This document shows, in pieces, positions 60,762 to 64,000 of a stretch of DNA of 64,000 bases. Within the stretch, counting starts at the first letter, position 1; every line of letters begins with the position of its first letter. This DNA is from Kiritimatiellia bacterium (GTDB lineage: Bacteria > Verrucomicrobiota > Kiritimatiellia > RFP12 > JBMNHG01). Made by a program: the position numbers and the translations under genes. The stretch covers positions 1,010,654-1,074,653 of the forward strand of contig JBMNHG010000002.1 in assembly GCA_050950285.1 (NCBI GenBank). The letters are read 5' to 3'. The notes under the pieces are model-generated. The model was not told where the DNA came from, ran no database searches, and worked only from the letters and a program-made list of their open reading frames with translations.

Positions 60762-62654
60762 ATGCAATGCCGTTGCAAACAGTTCGCGAAGATCGGTTCG
60801 GGCCTTGTCGGCCTCGCCGTCCTGCTGGTGGCCCTCGGCGCCCTCAACGCCGTGGTCGGCAACCTGCGCCTTCGCCATGATTTCACCGAAGAGAAGCTCT
60901 ACACGCTCTCCGACGGTTCCCGCGCCGTTCTGTCCAAACTGCCGTCGGACGTGGTGCTGAAGCTCTATTTCAGCCGTTCGATGGGCGAAGTCCCCACCAT
61001 CCTCAAGACCTATGCCGACCACGTCGAAGACCTGTTGAAAGAGTACGAACTCGCCAGCAAGGGGCGCGTGACGGTCGAGACCTACGACCCGAAGCCCGAC
61101 TCGGACGAAGAGGAGTGGGCGCTCAAATACGGCATCAGCCCGCAACCCGTGAACGCCTACGGCGAGGCGATGTACTTCGGCATCGTAGCCGCGGGCGAAA
61201 CCGCCGAGGAGGTCATCCCCGCCCTCTCCCCGCGCGGCGAGGCTACCCTCGAATACGAGATCACCCGCATGATCTCCCGCGCCGTGAACGCGGAAAAGCC
61301 GGTGCTGGGCGTCCTGAGCCCGCTCCCGGTGCTGGGCGACACCCCGCCGGCGATGATGGGCATGCCGCCACGGCGGCGTGCGCCCGCCTGGGTAGCCTTC
61401 GGCGAACTCCAGCGCGACTACGACGTGCGCACCGTGCCCGTGGACGCGGCCGAAATCCCTGCGGACGTCACCACCCTCCTCCTCGTCCACCCGCGCGACC
61501 TCTCCGACGCCACGCTCTACGCCATCGACCAGTTCGCCCTGCGCGGCGGCCGCATCCTCGCCCTCGTCGACCCCTTCTCCATCGCCGAACTCGCGTCGAA
61601 GGCGGACGACCCGGCCGCGATGTACGGCGGCGCGGACGGTCCCTCCACCCTCGGGAAGCTCTTCGACGCCTGGGGCATCGGCTTCGACACCTCGAAGGTG
61701 GTCGCGGACCTGCGCGCCGTCACCACCATCGGCGGCGGCGGACACGCCGAAGAAAGCCCCGTCGTCCTCTCGCTCACCTCCCGCAACCTCTCCCGCGACG
61801 CCCTCCTGACCTCCCGCCTGGACCAGATGCTGCTGGTCTTCGCCGGCGAGATCGTGGACCGTACCCCGGACGGCGTGGAGTTCGAGCCCCTCATCGTCTC
61901 CTCCGACTCCGCCTGCCTGGTGGATGCCTTCGGAGCCCGCGCCGGAATGCAGGCCATCCGCGCGCAGCTCCGCCCGGACCAGCAGAAACACGTGCTCGCA
62001 GCCCGCGTGAACGGCGTCCTCCCCTCCGCCTTCCCCGACGGGCCCCCCGCGCCGGCGGACACCAACGCGCCGCCCGCCACGGCGGAGCACCTCGCGCAAG
62101 GAACCGCACCCGCCGCGCTGATCGTGGTGGGCGACGCCGACTTCCTTTCGGACGACGCCGCCGTGCAGCGCATCAACATCGGCTTCGGAATGCAGGCGGC
62201 CCAGCCTCGCAACGACAACCTGGCCTTCTTCCTCAACGCCGTGGAGCAGGTCTCCGGCAACCAGGACCTCATCGCCATCCGCTCGCGCGGCCGCTTCAAC
62301 CGCCCCTTCGACCGGGTGGACGACCTCGAGGCCAAGGCCCGCGCCGTCTACCAGGAGCAGGAGGAGCAGCTCAGCCGGAAGCTGATGGAAACCCGCCGCC
62401 AGATCGTCGACCTCCAGCGCCAGAAGGAGGGCAACCAGGCGCTCATCCTCTCGAAGGAGCAGCAGGACGCCATCGACACCTTCCGTGCCACCGAAATCGA
62501 AACCCACCGCCAGCTGCGCGAAGTGCGCAAGAACCTGCGCAAGGACATCGACACCCTGGGCGTGAAGGTCAAATTCGTGAACATCGCCCTCATGCCGATC
62601 CTCGTCGTCCTCGTCGGCATCGGCGTCGCCATCGCGCGGCGGCAGCGCACCTGA
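60762..62654 (+). CDS. GldG-like ABC-associated auxiliary component
   Basis: R.D.TE.KLYTLS..S, V.DLL.EY, Y.G, LEYEITR.I, IDQF...GG, VVGD.DF, N..F..NAV..., L..IRSR, with terminal TM helices. Confidence 0.88.
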   Translation: MQCRCKQFAKIGSGLVGLAVLLVALGALNAVVGNLRLRHDFTEEKLYTLSDGSRAVLSKLPSDVVLKLYFSRSMGEVPTILKTYADHVEDLLKEYELASKGRVTVETYDPKPDSDEEEWALKYGISPQPVNAYGEAMYFGIVAAGETAEEVIPALSPRGEATLEYEITRMISRAVNAEKPVLGVLSPLPVLGDTPPAMMGMPPRRRAPAWVAFGELQRDYDVRTVPVDAAEIPADVTTLLLVHPRDLSDATLYAIDQFALRGGRILALVDPFSIAELASKADDPAAMYGGADGPSTLGKLFDAWGIGFDTSKVVADLRAVTTIGGGGHAEESPVVLSLTSRNLSRDALLTSRLDQMLLVFAGEIVDRTPDGVEFEPLIVSSDSACLVDAFGARAGMQAIRAQLRPDQQKHVLAARVNGVLPSAFPDGPPAPADTNAPPATAEHLAQGTAPAALIVVGDADFLSDDAAVQRINIGFGMQAAQPRNDNLAFFLNAVEQVSGNQDLIAIRSRGRFNRPFDRVDDLEAKARAVYQEQEEQLSRKLMETRRQIVDLQRQKEGNQALILSKEQQDAIDTFRATEIETHRQLREVRKNLRKDIDTLGVKVKFVNIALMPILVVLVGIGVAIARRQRT

Positions 62655-62699
62655 TCGCGCCGGGACTTCGCAGAACCGCAAGAACCACTTGGACATCCC

Positions 62700-63779
62700 A
62701 TGAAATCAAAATCGCTGATCCTCCTGATTGCACTCGCCGCCGTGCTTCTGGCACTGGCGAAATTCACCTCCGGCAACCGCCGCGCGAAGACGCCCCCGGT
62801 GGCCGGCGAACCCGTCTTCCCCTCGCTCGACTTGAGCCAGGTGCGCGCGGTGGAGATCGCCGCGGAGGGGCAGGTGCTCCGCATCGAGCAGCAGGGAGAC
62901 GCCTGGGCCGTCACCAACGTCTTCGGCTACCCCGCCGACCTCGCGCGCCTCCGCCCCGCGCTCATCGCGCTCGGCGACCTGAAGATCGGCCACCGCCAGC
63001 CCGGCGGGGCGATCGACCCCGCGAGCGCGACCTCCGTCGCGATCTTCGGCGAAAACGGCGCGCCGCTCGCCGGCCTCGTTCTCGGCGGCATGCGGGAATC
63101 CACGCAACAGCAGGCGACCCCCTACGGCATGATGGGGATGGGAGCCGACGGGCGCTACATCTCGCGCGCCGATTCCAGCGACGTCTTCCTCGTGAAGGAA
63201 ACCCTCGGCGAATTCGTGCCCTCGGCGATGGCGTGGATCGACCCCTCGCTGCTCTCCGTGCCCGCGGCCGACCTCGCCCGGATCGAGATGGCCGCCCCCG
63301 ACGGCGCCACCCTCGCCTTCGACCGCTCCTCCGGCACGCTGGAGATGGAGGGCCTTGCGGAAGGCGAGGAGTTCGACGCCTCGAAATCCTATGGCATCGA
63401 GTCCGCCTTCGCCTATCTGCGCCTCTCCGGCGTGGCCGACCCCGCGCTGGACGACGCCGCAACCGGCCTCGCCGACGACGACGCCCACCGCTTCGCCGCC
63501 ACCACGAAGGACGGAACCACCTACACCGCCACCATCGGCGCCACGGTGCCAGGCGGAAGCGACCGCTACCTTCGCCTCGACATCGACCCCGGCACCAACG
63601 CGGTCCCCGCCGGACTTGCCGCAAAACGAAAGCTCTTCGAGACCTTTACCTTCCACGTCCCCGCCCACGCGGCCCAGAACATGGTGCGCTCCCGAACCGA
63701 CCTGCTGAAGGCGCCACCCCCGCCCGCGGCGGAAGCCGAACCCCCCGCAACCCAGCCCACCGCCCAGGAAGAGGAATAA
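62700..63779 (+). CDS. DUF4340-like membrane-anchored protein
   Basis: N-terminal TM and W.V....GYPAD...L motif. Occupies the usual position after a GldG-like gene. Confidence 0.7.
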   Translation: MKSKSLILLIALAAVLLALAKFTSGNRRAKTPPVAGEPVFPSLDLSQVRAVEIAAEGQVLRIEQQGDAWAVTNVFGYPADLARLRPALIALGDLKIGHRQPGGAIDPASATSVAIFGENGAPLAGLVLGGMRESTQQQATPYGMMGMGADGRYISRADSSDVFLVKETLGEFVPSAMAWIDPSLLSVPAADLARIEMAAPDGATLAFDRSSGTLEMEGLAEGEEFDASKSYGIESAFAYLRLSGVADPALDDAATGLADDDAHRFAATTKDGTTYTATIGATVPGGSDRYLRLDIDPGTNAVPAGLAAKRKLFETFTFHVPAHAAQNMVRSRTDLLKAPPPPAAEAEPPATQPTAQEEE

Positions 63780-63783
63780 GCCG

Positions 63784-64000
63784 TTGAACATCCCGACCGC
63801 CACCCATGCCGTCGCCGAGCAGGCCGCCGTGCTCGAACGCCTCCGGAACGAAATCAACAAGGTGCTTGTCGGCCAGGAAAAACTGGTCGACCGCCTTCTC
63901 ATCGCCCTCATGACCGGCGGGCACATCCTCCTCGAAGGCGTGCCCGGCCTCGCGAAGACCACCGCCGTGCGCGCCCTCGCCGGTTCCCTCGGCCTCCAGT
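63784..64000 (+). CDS. moxR: MoxR family AAA+ ATPase, 5' part
   Basis: TTG start, EI.KV.VGQ..LVDRLLIAL..GGHILLEGVPGLAKT. Runs off the window. Confidence 0.9.
   Translation, partial: MNIPTATHAVAEQAAVLERLRNEINKVLVGQEKLVDRLLIALMTGGHILLEGVPGLAKTTAVRALAGSLGLQ

Overview
A GC-rich bacterial chromosomal window made up mostly of housekeeping genes. It probably comes from a PVC-superphylum bacterium such as Kiritimatiellia or Lentisphaerae; this is an inference from gene style only. Genes include aspS, paaK plus an ACT protein, dapF, a C-terminal protease, dusB, a GspE/PilB ATPase, fkp, cobT, der, tgt-yajC-secDF, rhaM, a Cys-less purF, mtlD, kdsA, an ECF sigma/anti-sigma pair, ade, cls, an aroF-tyrA-pheA-aroA operon, aspartokinase, mfd, tRNA-Cys, trmJ, rlmB, a GldAFG-like ABC module and the start of moxR. 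Five things stand out. (1) Two unlinked four-helix-bundle (IVS-protein/bAvd-like) zinc-ribbon genes are each bracketed by TCGA-rich, roughly 9-10-nt periodic structured repeats. One has 24-bp inverted repeats and the other has about 50-59-bp palindromic direct repeats, and similar repeat patches without a gene occur elsewhere. (2) An unannotated 23-aa Phe/Tyr/Trp-rich leader peptide with attenuator hairpins lies in front of the aromatic amino acid operon. (3) A 134-bp nested palindromic MITE/REP element sits beside an AT-rich MBOAT gene and an IS1595-like remnant. (4) Extended -10 boxes recur 6-10 nt before start codons, suggesting leaderless mRNAs. (5) A TIM-barrel gene is broken by clustered homopolymer insertions, probably an assembly error. 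All product calls come from motif recognition by eye, not from database searches.
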